A DNA stretch of 50,406 nt. Origin: a virus (lineage: Duplodnaviria > Caudoviricetes). Where the stretch lies: positions 1 through 50,406 of the IMG/VR virus record IMGVR_UViG_3300044477_000062; one strand, written 5' to 3'. This document shows positions 38,173-47,864 of the stretch, piece after piece (the stretch's first letter is position 1; every line of letters starts with the position of its first letter). The notes under the pieces were generated by a model. That model made no database searches and was not told the DNA's origin. It worked only from the letters and a program-made list of their open reading frames with translations. The position numbers were made by a program, and so were the translations under genes.

Positions 38173-39270
38173 TTATTCAACCTTTTGTTGATTGTTTACT
38201 GTTTTGTTAATCGACTTTAATTCACTCAGAACAAGGTCGAAATACCCTTTGTCTGTGTCGGTTTCTGATTCAAGGCTATTGCCATCATTACCCACAGATT
38301 TTTGCTTTTCGCGCATATTTGCCGTATCCGCTTTAATTTCAATTATTTGTTTGTCAATATTGTCGAATCTTTCAGAGATCTTTGAAAACAGTGAATCCAT
38401 TACATCTGTGTCAATTTTAAATTCTGATGTAGATTCTGTTTTAATTTCAGAAATACTGATAATAGCCGATTTTCCCGCAATCACCTTGGCCCGGTCAATC
38501 TGAATTTTGAGAGAATCAGGCGCTTTAAATCCAGTATCATCTTTTAATATTCTGTCAAGATCATCAGTTGACACAATACCCTTCTGAATTGCCTTGGATA
38601 TTTCTTCCTGAACCAGAGCAGCCGGATTACAACCGATTGCACAAGCGCTATCTTCAAGTAGTAAAGATTTTTCAAAAACAACACCGTATTTACCGAGGCC
38701 GAGCTTTGTTCTCTCTGCTTCATCTTCAACGCGCAATACTTTTTTCGGGATGAATCCGACCGAGTTTCCATTAAGCATTTTCTGGTTGACCATATTCAAG
38801 CACATTTCAGCCCAAGGATTACCCTCTTTTGTCGCAAACATATTCCATATGTAAAGGGCACCATCTTTAACCTGCCATTTTAAAGCAGTTCCAATTGGCA
38901 AGGCATGGTAATCATGGCAATAAGCAAACACTGGGTTTGTCTTATATCTAGTAAAATCCCAACCGCCTTGACGTATAATGTCGCCGGCGCTATCAACGGA
39001 CTCGTCTGATGCTTTGTAGATTTTAACGCGGTCTTCATAGCCATCTTCCATTTTAATTCCGCGATCTTCACACATTGCAGCAATTGCCATTTTGTCGACA
39101 ACCTGATCAACAACGGAAAGAGAAAGCGATTGCTGGCACAGATAGACTTCATTGTTTGCAGCTGATCCAGATGCACCCATAATGTCATATCTCTTGTACA
39201 GGCCCTGCATATCGTTTGTATTTAACTCTTTTGCAGACTTTACACCTTGCATCAACTGTTCGAAATCCAT
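38173..39270 (-). CDS. HK97-type prohead protease; likely start MDFEQL
   Basis: ASDESVD..GDII, NPV...HD...PIG, SVGF, LLE.S....NP.A. Confidence 0.85.
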   Translation of the reverse strand: MDFEQLMQGVKSAKELNTNDMQGLYKRYDIMGASGSAANNEVYLCQQSLSLSVVDQVVDKMAIAAMCEDRGIKMEDGYEDRVKIYKASDESVDSAGDIIRQGGWDFTRYKTNPVFAYCHDYHALPIGTALKWQVKDGALYIWNMFATKEGNPWAEMCLNMVNQKMLNGNSVGFIPKKVLRVEDEAERTKLGLGKYGVVFEKSLLLEDSACAIGCNPAALVQEEISKAIQKGIVSTDDLDRILKDDTGFKAPDSLKIQIDRAKVIAGKSAIISISEIKTESTSEFKIDTDVMDSLFSKISERFDNIDKQIIEIKADTANMREKQKSVGNDGNSLESETDTDKGYFDLVLSELKSINKTVNNQQKVE

Positions 39271-39357
39271 TTTCAACCTCGCTTTGTATAGTCCAGATTC
39301 ATTCCGGCTCAACCTATCATTTCAGTCTCAACACCGGGACAATCAAAGAATCTGGCG

Positions 39358-41502
39358 TTAATAAGCCGGAATCTCAACGCACCGGCAGTTTATAGTCTGT
39401 TCAGCAGGCCCGCGCATATCCGATGGATATTGCAGTGTTCCCATTTTCCCAACATCATCCATAAAATTATGTCCGATTTTGACAACGCCAACTTCACCGA
39501 AAACTGTATGGTCATCACGTACATTTTCATCACTCGCAGTTGTCCATTCTATTTTTGTCACACCTTCACCAGATAAAACAGAGTGACGAACAGGAGAAGC
39601 AACCTGAGCAAGTTCAGTGCGTGCTATTGTTAATGTTCGAGCTGGTGACGAAACAAAATTGAATTGCTGCCGGATACGTCCGGAAAGCTCCTGAACAGTT
39701 TCGCCGGCTCTAATTCCATCGGTTAAGTTTGATTTTAATGTATTCCAGAACCGATCTGTTATGCCTGAAATCTTACTTTCCTTTGTGTTTAATATTGTCA
39801 ATACGCGCGGATCGTAAGTAGTCCAGGGCTTAACGCCAAGTAAATTAGAAGCCTCAACAATTGACAGCTCGGCAGCATTATACAGGAATGGTTTTGAAAT
39901 CTTCCTAAGCTTCTCCTGCCACTCCTGATTGTCAAAAAGGATCTGATCAAGTTCAGCTGATGATGGAACCGCTTTTGTAGCAGCTTCAAATGTTTTAAGC
40001 TGCTCTACCCTGAGTTCAAACCAGTACTTTTTAATTTTGGATTGAAACACTGATTCTTCTTTGAAAACATTCTTGATCCAAGATGAAAGTATTTTTTCTT
40101 TCCGATTCTCATTTGACATTCTGATAATTGTCTTTTTGTCACTCTCCTTATCAGAATCAGTTTCCTCTGGATCTTCTTTTGAATCGCTCATATCATCAGA
40201 CAAAGGAACGAGCCCGGCCGGTAGATATCCAACATCGCCCCACGCTACTGTTTCGAATCCTAGACCGAGCCGTTCGTTTATCTGATTGATTCCATAACCC
40301 ATATCAAAGTACCGTTTTGCAATTTCGCTCTTTACACCTGCATTAGTCTGGAGTGCTTCAACTTGCGAAAAGTCAAACATGCAATACATGCCCTGAGCCT
40401 CTTTAATTGATCCATCGAAAATCTTTGCATTGATCACTTCCTCAATATAACGAGCTTCAGGAATAATCTGGTCTTGCCAAAATGCCTTATCAGCCTGCAA
40501 AGCTGTTGCAAGTTGTAAATCTTCGTAAATCGAAGCTTTCATTTTCGGGACGCCATGGCCTGCAAAGGTTTCATCCCGGTTCCACTTACGACCTTCGATA
40601 AATTGCATATCAGAATTGGTATTGGGATTGGGAAGGTAATCTGCGTCATTCTGCAGGATGCCGATCTTACCCGCATTGGTTGGACCTTTGTGCCTGTCTT
40701 CGAAACCAGAACGAAGCTGCTTTACTTTTTCCGGATCGAGAAATTCTTTTATCTTAATAAACCCACCCGGTAAAGCACCATTATCAAACAAAGCCTCGCT
40801 GAACACCTGCGATTTTAAATCCTGTGAGCCAGATTTGTGTGTAACTGTTTCAGGTGCAAGACCGCGATTGGAATAAGGGTTGTAATAATAAAAACGAATG
40901 ATCTGATTGAATTGGTAAAGCTGCTCTTCTAAGCCAACCGATTTATTGCGCTTCCAGCCGATCGCATTTTTGTTATTGTCAAGCTCAAGATTAAAAGCTG
41001 ATGCACCATATGGAATAATCGAATCAGGCAACTTTCCCATTTCGATCGGCTTGTTATTGTTGTCAAGTGCCCAGAATACTTCCCCAGTCAAGCTCACCAG
41101 AATCATGTACGATTCCCAAAGTTGCGACTTGCTCATAAACGGATTTGGCTTATTAAACAAATTGTAAACCGCACCATTTTCCACTATGTCAAAGCCTTCT
41201 GACTTGATATAGACCTGATCTTTTTTGTACAACTTCTCGACTGGAGTAGACCTGATTTTGTCAATTAGTGTTTTGGCATTGCTTTTATCTGACTTGACAA
41301 AAATAAATGGAACTGATTTTAACGCTGTTGATTTTGCCTTGATGCAAGAATAAGTCCAAACATGCTGCTCATATGGTCTTTGTAAATCTGCTTTCTCGTT
41401 GATCAAAAGAAGTGGCTTCATGAATACCCGGGAAGGTAAATTCGGAATGCCATTAAAGAATTTTTCCTCAGTGATTGCACCGTATTTATTAACCATTACC
41501 AT
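39358..41502 (-). CDS. Portal protein fused to a MuF (SPP1 gp7-like) minor head domain
   Basis: HK97 portal motifs (F.NGALPGG, NAGK, DMQFIE.RK, HGVP) plus TIARTE, W.T..D..VR..H, INCRC. Confidence 0.9.
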   Translation of the reverse strand: MVMVNKYGAITEEKFFNGIPNLPSRVFMKPLLLINEKADLQRPYEQHVWTYSCIKAKSTALKSVPFIFVKSDKSNAKTLIDKIRSTPVEKLYKKDQVYIKSEGFDIVENGAVYNLFNKPNPFMSKSQLWESYMILVSLTGEVFWALDNNNKPIEMGKLPDSIIPYGASAFNLELDNNKNAIGWKRNKSVGLEEQLYQFNQIIRFYYYNPYSNRGLAPETVTHKSGSQDLKSQVFSEALFDNGALPGGFIKIKEFLDPEKVKQLRSGFEDRHKGPTNAGKIGILQNDADYLPNPNTNSDMQFIEGRKWNRDETFAGHGVPKMKASIYEDLQLATALQADKAFWQDQIIPEARYIEEVINAKIFDGSIKEAQGMYCMFDFSQVEALQTNAGVKSEIAKRYFDMGYGINQINERLGLGFETVAWGDVGYLPAGLVPLSDDMSDSKEDPEETDSDKESDKKTIIRMSNENRKEKILSSWIKNVFKEESVFQSKIKKYWFELRVEQLKTFEAATKAVPSSAELDQILFDNQEWQEKLRKISKPFLYNAAELSIVEASNLLGVKPWTTYDPRVLTILNTKESKISGITDRFWNTLKSNLTDGIRAGETVQELSGRIRQQFNFVSSPARTLTIARTELAQVASPVRHSVLSGEGVTKIEWTTASDENVRDDHTVFGEVGVVKIGHNFMDDVGKMGTLQYPSDMRGPAEQTINCRCVEIPAY

Positions 41503-42962
41503 ACTATGTAATCTCCTGTAGGCGGCGGAACTTCAAAAGTTAAACAAAGTGCATCAGCACAGTCTGGACTTGACAATCCGCGCTTTTTCATATCTTCTTT
41601 TTTCTCAAGTAAAATCTGTTGTTTGCTGGTGAATCCGTATTCAACAGCAGTCAATTCATCGGTGAGTTCATTGTCTTCGGGTAGTTCAAGACCGGCTTTA
41701 ATTGCGTCCCGAGTCAATCCCCATATTTCAGCACGTTTATTTGCATACTTTTCCTGATCTGATGCGGACGATCCGAAGTTTACTTCTACAACGACACCCA
41801 TTTCAGGGATAAGCTCTTTTAATCTGTCAATAACTCCACCGCCAACACCACCACCGTCTACAAATACATGAGATGGCTTAAATTCTTTATACGCTTCAAA
41901 CACTCTGCCTGCAGTCTGCATTGTATCAAGTCCACGCCACTTTTTAAACGGGTGAACCTTTCTACCTTGACGCATACAAAGAGCATTCTGATCGTCACCA
42001 AAGCGGGCAACATCCACACCGAAAACTGGTTTTATTTTATCCCAGTTTCGAGCAATGAAGTTTTTACAGTTTGCAACGCTGCTGCTTGAAATAAATTGAC
42101 AACTGCCAGCACTTGGAAAAACACCACGGACACGAACGCGGACAAAATCAGAATCCTCACCGAAATCGTCAACCCACTCTTGAATCTGCTCTTTGTTTGT
42201 ACCTTCAACAGTTCTACTATCAATCTGAACAGTATTCCAGCGATGTTTAAACTTTCCGAAACACTCCCGGAATCTGCCTGTTGACCTGGTTGGGTTACCA
42301 AATGCAATCCAAATTATTTCGGTTTCTTTATCAGTCAAAGCACCTTCAGCAACTTCCCAAACGGCATCGGCTATACTTGAGGCTTCGTCGAAAACTAGGA
42401 TGATCCTTTTCTTTGCATTATGCAAACCTGCAAATGCTTCAGTATTGTTCTCGCTCCATGGCACTGCATCGGCCCGCCACTGTTTTTCATGATCGGATTG
42501 ACTTGACACTATCGCGGTAGCAGTAGGTTTAAACCAATGAGAATTTATTGATCGATTAAACCATTTTGTAATTTCAGGCCACGTTTTTGTACGAAGCTGA
42601 TTTTCAGTATTTGCAGTAACAACAATTTTGCAGTCTTCACATGTTGACATTCCCCAGTCAATTATCCACGATATGCATGCAGACTTTCCGATTCCGTGCC
42701 CGGACGAAACGGCTATTTTTAATGGGGTATGAACAGTTTCTGGATTGGATAGGTGAGAACCTATTTTATTGAGGATTTCTTTTTGCCATTGTCGCGGACC
42801 ATCTGAGCCTTCACCGACGAGATCACCTTCGCCCCAGGAATATGTATAATTGACAAATCCAAGTGGGTTGTGTGTGAACTTCCCCATATCCTTGACAAGT
42901 TCTTTATCAAGTGCGGATAAGTTCACAATCAGTGCTCCGATAATTAAAAATAAAATCCTCAT
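41496..42962 (-). CDS. terL: Terminase large subunit
   Basis: SGHGIGKS Walker A, VFDEAS Walker B, GNP, GVDVARFGDD and SPD.ADA nuclease motifs. Confidence 0.93.
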   Translation of the reverse strand: MRILFLIIGALIVNLSALDKELVKDMGKFTHNPLGFVNYTYSWGEGDLVGEGSDGPRQWQKEILNKIGSHLSNPETVHTPLKIAVSSGHGIGKSACISWIIDWGMSTCEDCKIVVTANTENQLRTKTWPEITKWFNRSINSHWFKPTATAIVSSQSDHEKQWRADAVPWSENNTEAFAGLHNAKKRIILVFDEASSIADAVWEVAEGALTDKETEIIWIAFGNPTRSTGRFRECFGKFKHRWNTVQIDSRTVEGTNKEQIQEWVDDFGEDSDFVRVRVRGVFPSAGSCQFISSSSVANCKNFIARNWDKIKPVFGVDVARFGDDQNALCMRQGRKVHPFKKWRGLDTMQTAGRVFEAYKEFKPSHVFVDGGGVGGGVIDRLKELIPEMGVVVEVNFGSSASDQEKYANKRAEIWGLTRDAIKAGLELPEDNELTDELTAVEYGFTSKQQILLEKKEDMKKRGLSSPDCADALCLTFEVPPPTGDYIVW

Positions 42963-43384
42963 TCAACGTGCGCCCTTTTCCTTGCATTAGCCAGAGCATC
43001 GGCAACATCAATTTCGCCTGAATGTTTTACATCCTGCTTATCAACAAGCCCGTCAATTCTTGCAACGAGTGAAGCATTATAAGCGCCAGTCATTCCACCC
43101 GATATTCTTTGAGATGACATTTCATCCTTTATGCGTGAGTAGATGTAGGAAAACTCGTCGCGACTACAGTATTCTCTTAACCCATCTCGCGACATCCCAC
43201 AATGAACAGCGAACTCAACTTCGGTCAAAGGTCGTTCGGTTGGTAGATCGATAATTTGTCCAGCATCAGGACCAGAGCGGATAAAATCTTTTTTGATCCA
43301 AGGGTTATTATGTGCCCAAGTCTTGTATTCTTCAAAAAGCCTAGAGAGTTCTTCAGGAGATTCAATTTTGAGTGGTCGACCCAT
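42959..43384 (-). CDS. terS: Terminase small subunit (P22 gp3-like DNA packaging protein)
   Basis: GRP....PEEL, RPLT, G...G.YNA..V.R..GL.DK; upstream of terL. Confidence 0.85.
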   Translation of the reverse strand: MGRPLKIESPEELSRLFEEYKTWAHNNPWIKKDFIRSGPDAGQIIDLPTERPLTEVEFAVHCGMSRDGLREYCSRDEFSYIYSRIKDEMSSQRISGGMTGAYNASLVARIDGLVDKQDVKHSGEIDVADALANARKRAHVE

Positions 43385-43402
43385 GCTTACCCCTTTTTAT
43401 AC

Positions 43403-43431
43403 AAAGTAAGCACTTCAAATGTAAATAGCAA
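43403..43431 (-). promoter_or_regulatory. Candidate promoter for the packaging/structural operon
   Basis: TTGCTA-N17-TACTTT upstream of the terS RBS. Confidence 0.4.
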
Positions 43432-43549
43432 CCTTGACTACATCGTAAGTGTACAAGCTGTTTTAATTTGTCAATTTACAAATTATATTAAAATTGATTT
43501 GATATTGTTCAGGTTGACAATTAACAGAAAGTTGTGATTAGTTCAATTT

Positions 43550-43798
43550 TTGGTGACGAAATCGGTTTCGTTGCCAGCGTACACAAAAACAGTCAGAAAG
43601 ATGGAAACTATACAAAAACTAAAAATCGAAAAAGACAATTTAGATGCAGAACTACAGAGGATCAGCATCAAATCAACAGAGAAGACCAAATTCGAGGCGA
43701 TCTGTGCAGAGCGCAATACATCGGTAGATGAGGCGATCAGGTCGTTTGTGACGGCTGTGAATGAGGGTGAAATAGAACTGGTTATTGATCAGGATTAA
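43550..43798 (+). CDS. Small ribbon-helix-helix-like DNA-binding protein (likely start 43600)
   Basis: RISIK....K..F..IC.ER..SV..AIR.FV pattern; TTGACA upstream; terminator downstream. Confidence 0.6.
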   Translation: MVTKSVSLPAYTKTVRKMETIQKLKIEKDNLDAELQRISIKSTEKTKFEAICAERNTSVDEAIRSFVTAVNEGEIELVIDQD

Positions 43799-43801
43799 AA
43801 G

Positions 43802-43822
43802 AACCGGTCGAAATGGCCGGTT
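43802..43822. terminator. Bidirectional terminator hairpin
   Basis: AACCGGTC-GAAAT-GGCCGGTT between convergent genes. Confidence 0.65.
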
Positions 43823-43837
43823 TAAAACGATCGCAAA

Positions 43838-44599
43838 TTATTTAACTGTAACAACTTTTTTAAATCCGTTTTCACTCAAAACATAATTATCAAATTTCCC
43901 GAGAAGCCATTTATACATGCTTGGTTTCCAGTGAGTTTTAACTGGTCTGTAACAAAATTCAGGCCTGAGCAAATCAAGCGACTTTCTTGTTTTTATATCA
44001 ACATCTTTCGCGCCAGGTCCAGTCTGCATTCCGACAACAACCAATTCAAACTTATCATAGTCAACATATGGAGATAACGGATAAAGCAATGGCTCAATTG
44101 ACAAAAACGGCCTTGGATTGTTCTCTGCAAAATCATTAACGGTATCATACAAATAACGCGGGATCTCTTCCGGATTAAAACCTTCCACAGTCAAACCCTG
44201 CATGCAGTTTTCAGGAAATTTAATCCCAGCATAAGCCCAAGCGCTCTTGCTCAAAAACATATAAGTGTGCTGAGCGTGACTCCGCGCAACATCGACAATC
44301 TTATTAAATTGCTCCGAACTCCAATAAACACAGTCAGACATTGACCCGACGAAAATAACTTTGGGCTTTTTGCTTGCCAAATCTTTATCATTATACCGTT
44401 CCGGATGTTCAACAATTTGATCAAATGGTGTTTTATTAAACCTGTTGTGAACTTTTCGAGCGTAACAGTAATAACATCCGCGCTTGCAGCCGGTTATGGG
44501 GTTCCAGGTATGTGTGCACCAAGAAATATCAGTTTTATTCATTCTCACCTTCCTTTTCAAACCAATGTTCAAAATTTGTTGCAGATATTCCATGCTCAA
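43838..44599 (-). CDS. DUF5131 / Gp37-Gp68 family radical-SAM-like protein (likely start 44542)
   Basis: T.I.W...TWNPITGC..GCYYCYA, FVGSMSD, FLSIEPLL. Confidence 0.85.
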   Translation of the reverse strand: MSMEYLQQILNIGLKRKVRMNKTDISWCTHTWNPITGCKRGCYYCYARKVHNRFNKTPFDQIVEHPERYNDKDLASKKPKVIFVGSMSDCVYWSSEQFNKIVDVARSHAQHTYMFLSKSAWAYAGIKFPENCMQGLTVEGFNPEEIPRYLYDTVNDFAENNPRPFLSIEPLLYPLSPYVDYDKFELVVVGMQTGPGAKDVDIKTRKSLDLLRPEFCYRPVKTHWKPSMYKWLLGKFDNYVLSENGFKKVVTVK

Positions 44600-44933
44600 A
44601 AGATAAAAACTCTAATTCGCTGTCCGTTGTATCACTAACTTCTTCCCATTCACTAAGTTCTGATTCGTTCATGTATTTGCTTCTTGCACCAAATCGGACT
44701 TTACCAGTAAATGTTGGCTCAATATTTGGCCTTTCCGGAAATGGCATCCAGTGAGAAACGTCTTCAATAGAACATTCGTAATCGTCGCCTGATTCATCAT
44801 CCCAAACCATATGTTCATGATTAAAAACCAATATTTTTACTTCTCCTTTGTACCATACAAGGCAAGGCACTTGTGAGTATTTTTGATTTTTATCGCGTTC
44901 TGGTAATTTATCTGTTGTTTTTGTCCAGTTCAT
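44535..44933 (-). CDS. DUF551-like phage protein
   Basis: MNW....DKLP...VSHWMPFPE.P. Confidence 0.75.
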   Translation of the reverse strand: MNWTKTTDKLPERDKNQKYSQVPCLVWYKGEVKILVFNHEHMVWDDESGDDYECSIEDVSHWMPFPERPNIEPTFTGKVRFGARSKYMNESELSEWEEVSDTTDSELEFLSFEHGISATNFEHWFEKEGENE

Positions 44934-45076
44934 TTTGTAATCTCGCTAAAAAAGTGCTTACAGTATTTACAACATTTATCGATGCAATCAAAAAAGTCAT
45001 AATGAGTGCACTTGCCAAGTCTCATTTCGCGTTTTCGCTTTCTGATCAGCTTGCTTATTTGATATCTCGTTTTCAT
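44930..45076 (-). CDS. 48-aa basic Cys-rich microprotein (MKTRYQISKLIRKRKREM...), not in ORF track
   Basis: ATGA overlaps at both ends. Confidence 0.6.
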   Translation of the reverse strand: MKTRYQISKLIRKRKREMRLGKCTHYDFFDCIDKCCKYCKHFFSEITK

Positions 45077-45417
45077 TCTGTAAAATCCTCAACAGGTGAA
45101 ACAATCCACTTCATAGTATCATTAAAATAAACCTCAACGTAACTTTCAATAGTAAGCGCAACACCCCCACCGCTATTACTCATAAACCCAAGTTCATCCC
45201 CAGACGCAACTTTAATTGTTCTGGATTCCCCAGGGCTCAAAGATGCAATGAGATTTTCAATAGTTACTCTCGATCCAGAATAAACACTACCCCCAATCGC
45301 TCCACCGTCAACATAAACACTTATAGTATCATCCTCAACAAACACAACCTCTTTGCCACATCCGATTGAAACCATACTGATACACACTGCAACTACTAAC
45401 AACAATACCTTTTTCAT
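45073..45417 (-). CDS. Putative lipoprotein with its own promoter
   Basis: MKK + hydrophobic stretch + SIGC lipobox. Confidence 0.65.
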   Translation of the reverse strand: MKKVLLLVVAVCISMVSIGCGKEVVFVEDDTISVYVDGGAIGGSVYSGSRVTIENLIASLSPGESRTIKVASGDELGFMSNSGGGVALTIESYVEVYFNDTMKWIVSPVEDFTE

Positions 45418-45456
45418 ACCTTACCCCTTTTAAAAAGTTAAACTCTATTTACATAA

Positions 45457-45486
45457 AGTATACCACAGTGGAGTACTATAATGCAA
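45457..45486 (-). promoter_or_regulatory. Promoter for the lipoprotein gene
   Basis: TTGCAT-N18-TATACT with TG extended -10. Confidence 0.5.
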
Positions 45487-45493
45487 GATTTAA

Positions 45494-45751
45494 TTAAATA
45501 TTTTCAATATTAGGTACATTTTTCAATTGAGCAAACAATTCATCAAGTTCCAATTTAAGTTTATTCAGTCTTTTGCCATCAAATTTACTTTCAACAATAC
45601 TTTTCATAACAATAGAAATTTTTTCCTGAATGATCTGTTTGCGCTTTTTTAAACATCCACTTCCAAGTCCAGGGTGTTTTATCCTGCGCCCGCACCAGTG
45701 ACAATAATGATGCTTTTCTGATTCAAATAGTGTCTGCTGTATCCCGATCAT
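45494..45751 (-). CDS. Small Zn-finger-like hypothetical protein
   Basis: CHWCGRRI...GLGSGC. Confidence 0.6.
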   Translation of the reverse strand: MIGIQQTLFESEKHHYCHWCGRRIKHPGLGSGCLKKRKQIIQEKISIVMKSIVESKFDGKRLNKLKLELDELFAQLKNVPNIENI

Positions 45752-46197
45752 GGTTTAAAAATGATGAAAGCATCACCTTTCTTTCGATTCTGTGCAGAAA
45801 AACAATCAACATGTACCCATCCTACTGTACCAGATTCAATTCGAGTCAGAAAAGTAAATTCTTTACAATTTGCAATGATTATCTTCCTGATCTCTTCGTC
45901 TGATTTTAGCTGTCCGTCAACACATACATTAAAATCAATCGCATTTCCTTTTTTGTGCTGAGAGAATTTCGCACCGATCGGACACGAATCTGGCCGGTAA
46001 CCTCTGAATTGCAATTTGCCGTCTTTATGCCAATTGTTGATCACTATTTCTACTGGTGAATTATAGTGATTTGAAAGCACGCTGTTGAGCTCCATGTAGG
46101 TTGTCAACAAAAACGGTGTAATCAAATTAATTGACGAATCGCCAATTGCAGCATAGACTTCTTTCGGAACGAAATCGCGAATGTCTATTTCTATCAT
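45748..46197 (-). CDS. Peptidase M15 family endolysin
   Basis: RGYR, SQH..GNAIDF, WVHVD Zn-binding motifs. Confidence 0.85.
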   Translation of the reverse strand: MIEIDIRDFVPKEVYAAIGDSSINLITPFLLTTYMELNSVLSNHYNSPVEIVINNWHKDGKLQFRGYRPDSCPIGAKFSQHKKGNAIDFNVCVDGQLKSDEEIRKIIIANCKEFTFLTRIESGTVGWVHVDCFSAQNRKKGDAFIIFKP

Positions 46198-46406
46198 TTA
46201 TCCCTCTCAATAGTTAATTCAGTTACAATAACATACCCATCTTCTTTTGTGCTGGTCACAGATTTACCATTCACAAGAAGCGACTTATAATCAACCCGGC
46301 CTTTCAACTTCGGAGTATTTTGATACTGAGCTATGCATTTATCAACATCAGCCTCAGATAGTCCGGTTCGAGTTGTTTTGACTGTTAGGGAATAGGTTTT
46401 AGTCAT
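46194..46406 (-). CDS. Hypothetical protein
   Basis: GAGGTGA RBS; coupled to the next gene. Confidence 0.55.
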   Translation of the reverse strand: MTKTYSLTVKTTRTGLSEADVDKCIAQYQNTPKLKGRVDYKSLLVNGKSVTSTKEDGYVIVTELTIERDK

Positions 46407-46409
46407 GAC

Positions 46410-46721
46410 TCACCTCGCAATCTCAACAGTGTCACCAATTTCACACGAATAAAACAAATCAATACTCCTTCGATAACCAAAAGAGTTTTCTGACTTAAAA
46501 ACAACAATCCAGTGCGAATAATTATTGCTCACACCGTGCATTTTATCAACTACGATGCACTTGGCAGGAACAGATTTTGATTCGGCAGACGATTTAAATT
46601 TATTCTTAATCTGAATGTCTTTGTAAATCACCGCTCCAATGCAAAACAGGATGGCACATAGCAGAATAGAAACGAGTGTTATTTTAGTAATTCTGTCAAT
46701 CACAAATACCCCCTTATACAA
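46410..46721 (-). CDS. Hypothetical membrane-anchored protein
   Basis: N-terminal TM, OB-like C-terminus (IGDTV). Confidence 0.55.
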   Translation of the reverse strand: MYKGVFVIDRITKITLVSILLCAILFCIGAVIYKDIQIKNKFKSSAESKSVPAKCIVVDKMHGVSNNYSHWIVVFKSENSFGYRRSIDLFYSCEIGDTVEIAR

Positions 46722-46987
46722 AACAAGAATTTCAACCGGTTCCAGAATGATTTTTTTAAGGATTTGAACGAATCAATCAGGCGTTCATTTTTTCGAAGTG
46801 AAGTGATTAGATTGCAATCCAGTTCGGCAATGGTGTTTTTTAAATCACGAATAACAACCCTTGCCGAAGCTACCATAAAAGCAAGTTCTTCTTTTGACTT
46901 TAAAAGGTCGCTGGAAGAAACATTTTCAACAATATGGACTGTCTTTATATTTTTCATTTTGTAGCACCCTCCAACATCCTCAACCAT
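46700..46987 (-). CDS. Hypothetical coiled-coil protein
   Basis: Operon position. Confidence 0.5.
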   Translation of the reverse strand: MVEDVGGCYKMKNIKTVHIVENVSSSDLLKSKEELAFMVASARVVIRDLKNTIAELDCNLITSLRKNERLIDSFKSLKKSFWNRLKFLFCIRGYL

Positions 46988-47565
46988 TCCCCAAGCTCAC
47001 TACACCACTCAACCCTTACACTGTGATTATTCGCCCGTGCAATAGCTTCACACAGTTCAGTAACTCGATGTTCTATGTAGATATATTTTAGTCTTGCTCC
47101 GAGTGTGGGCTTGTCAAGTGTTTCGACTGGCTCTAACAATTGAATTTTACCAGCTGGCATATTTTTTGCAGAATCTAAAAACTTCTGCTTTTCCTGTTCT
47201 GCCAATTTACTTGCATATATTACGCGGTTTCCACAAGACGCATAATTTTGTTCTGTACAAGTTTTAGAAGCTGGACAGATAGTATTGTAGTTGAATTTGC
47301 ACCGACCTTCATTAATGCACATAGATTCGTAACTTGAACAACAACTTGACGACTCACCAGTGCCACCCATCGGAGCAGCTAGAGGTATGTTGTGTGGATA
47401 ATAAACACATCTTTTATTACAACTATCAACATTGCATATTTTTTCATCATAATGCTTGCAAGTGATCATATATGTTGGCCTGTGTTTGCATATTTCGCAT
47501 TGATCGCTATGATGACATGCAATACTATTCGAATATTTGCACTTTCCAATTTCACTCACACGCAC
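46954..47565 (-). CDS. Cys-rich hypothetical protein
   Basis: Numerous Cys in repeated CK(Y/H/F) units. Confidence 0.55.
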   Translation of the reverse strand: MRVSEIGKCKYSNSIACHHSDQCEICKHRPTYMITCKHYDEKICNVDSCNKRCVYYPHNIPLAAPMGGTGESSSCCSSYESMCINEGRCKFNYNTICPASKTCTEQNYASCGNRVIYASKLAEQEKQKFLDSAKNMPAGKIQLLEPVETLDKPTLGARLKYIYIEHRVTELCEAIARANNHSVRVEWCSELGEWLRMLEGATK

Positions 47566-47864
47566 CCCCGATTCCGAATTATTCTCAATCCATCATCCAT
47601 ATATATTCTCCATTTGTCACCAATTTTGAACGCTTTAACCTTACCAGATTTGCACCAATCCCGAACGGTTATATCAGACAGTCCCAAGATCGATGCAATT
47701 TCGTAAGGTGTCATTACTCCAAGCTTAGTAGGGGGATTGTTTGCGCTCCACCCGCTTTGTCTAAATCCGACTAAGTAAACTGCACCCCAATTGCCTTTTT
47801 TTAATTCCTTTACAATTGAACGTCTGCCGATTTTGTAAAGTTTTGCGAGCTGGGAAGGTTTCAT
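47556..47864 (-). CDS. Excisionase-like/MerR-type HTH DNA-binding protein
   Basis: MTPYEIASILGLS..TVR.W...GKVKAFKIG..WRI. Confidence 0.75.
   Translation of the reverse strand: MKPSQLAKLYKIGRRSIVKELKKGNWGAVYLVGFRQSGWSANNPPTKLGVMTPYEIASILGLSDITVRDWCKSGKVKAFKIGDKWRIYMDDGLRIIRNRGCV

Noticed and set aside
47556-47864. True excisionase
   Set aside because: HTH similarity only; no integrase nearby in the window
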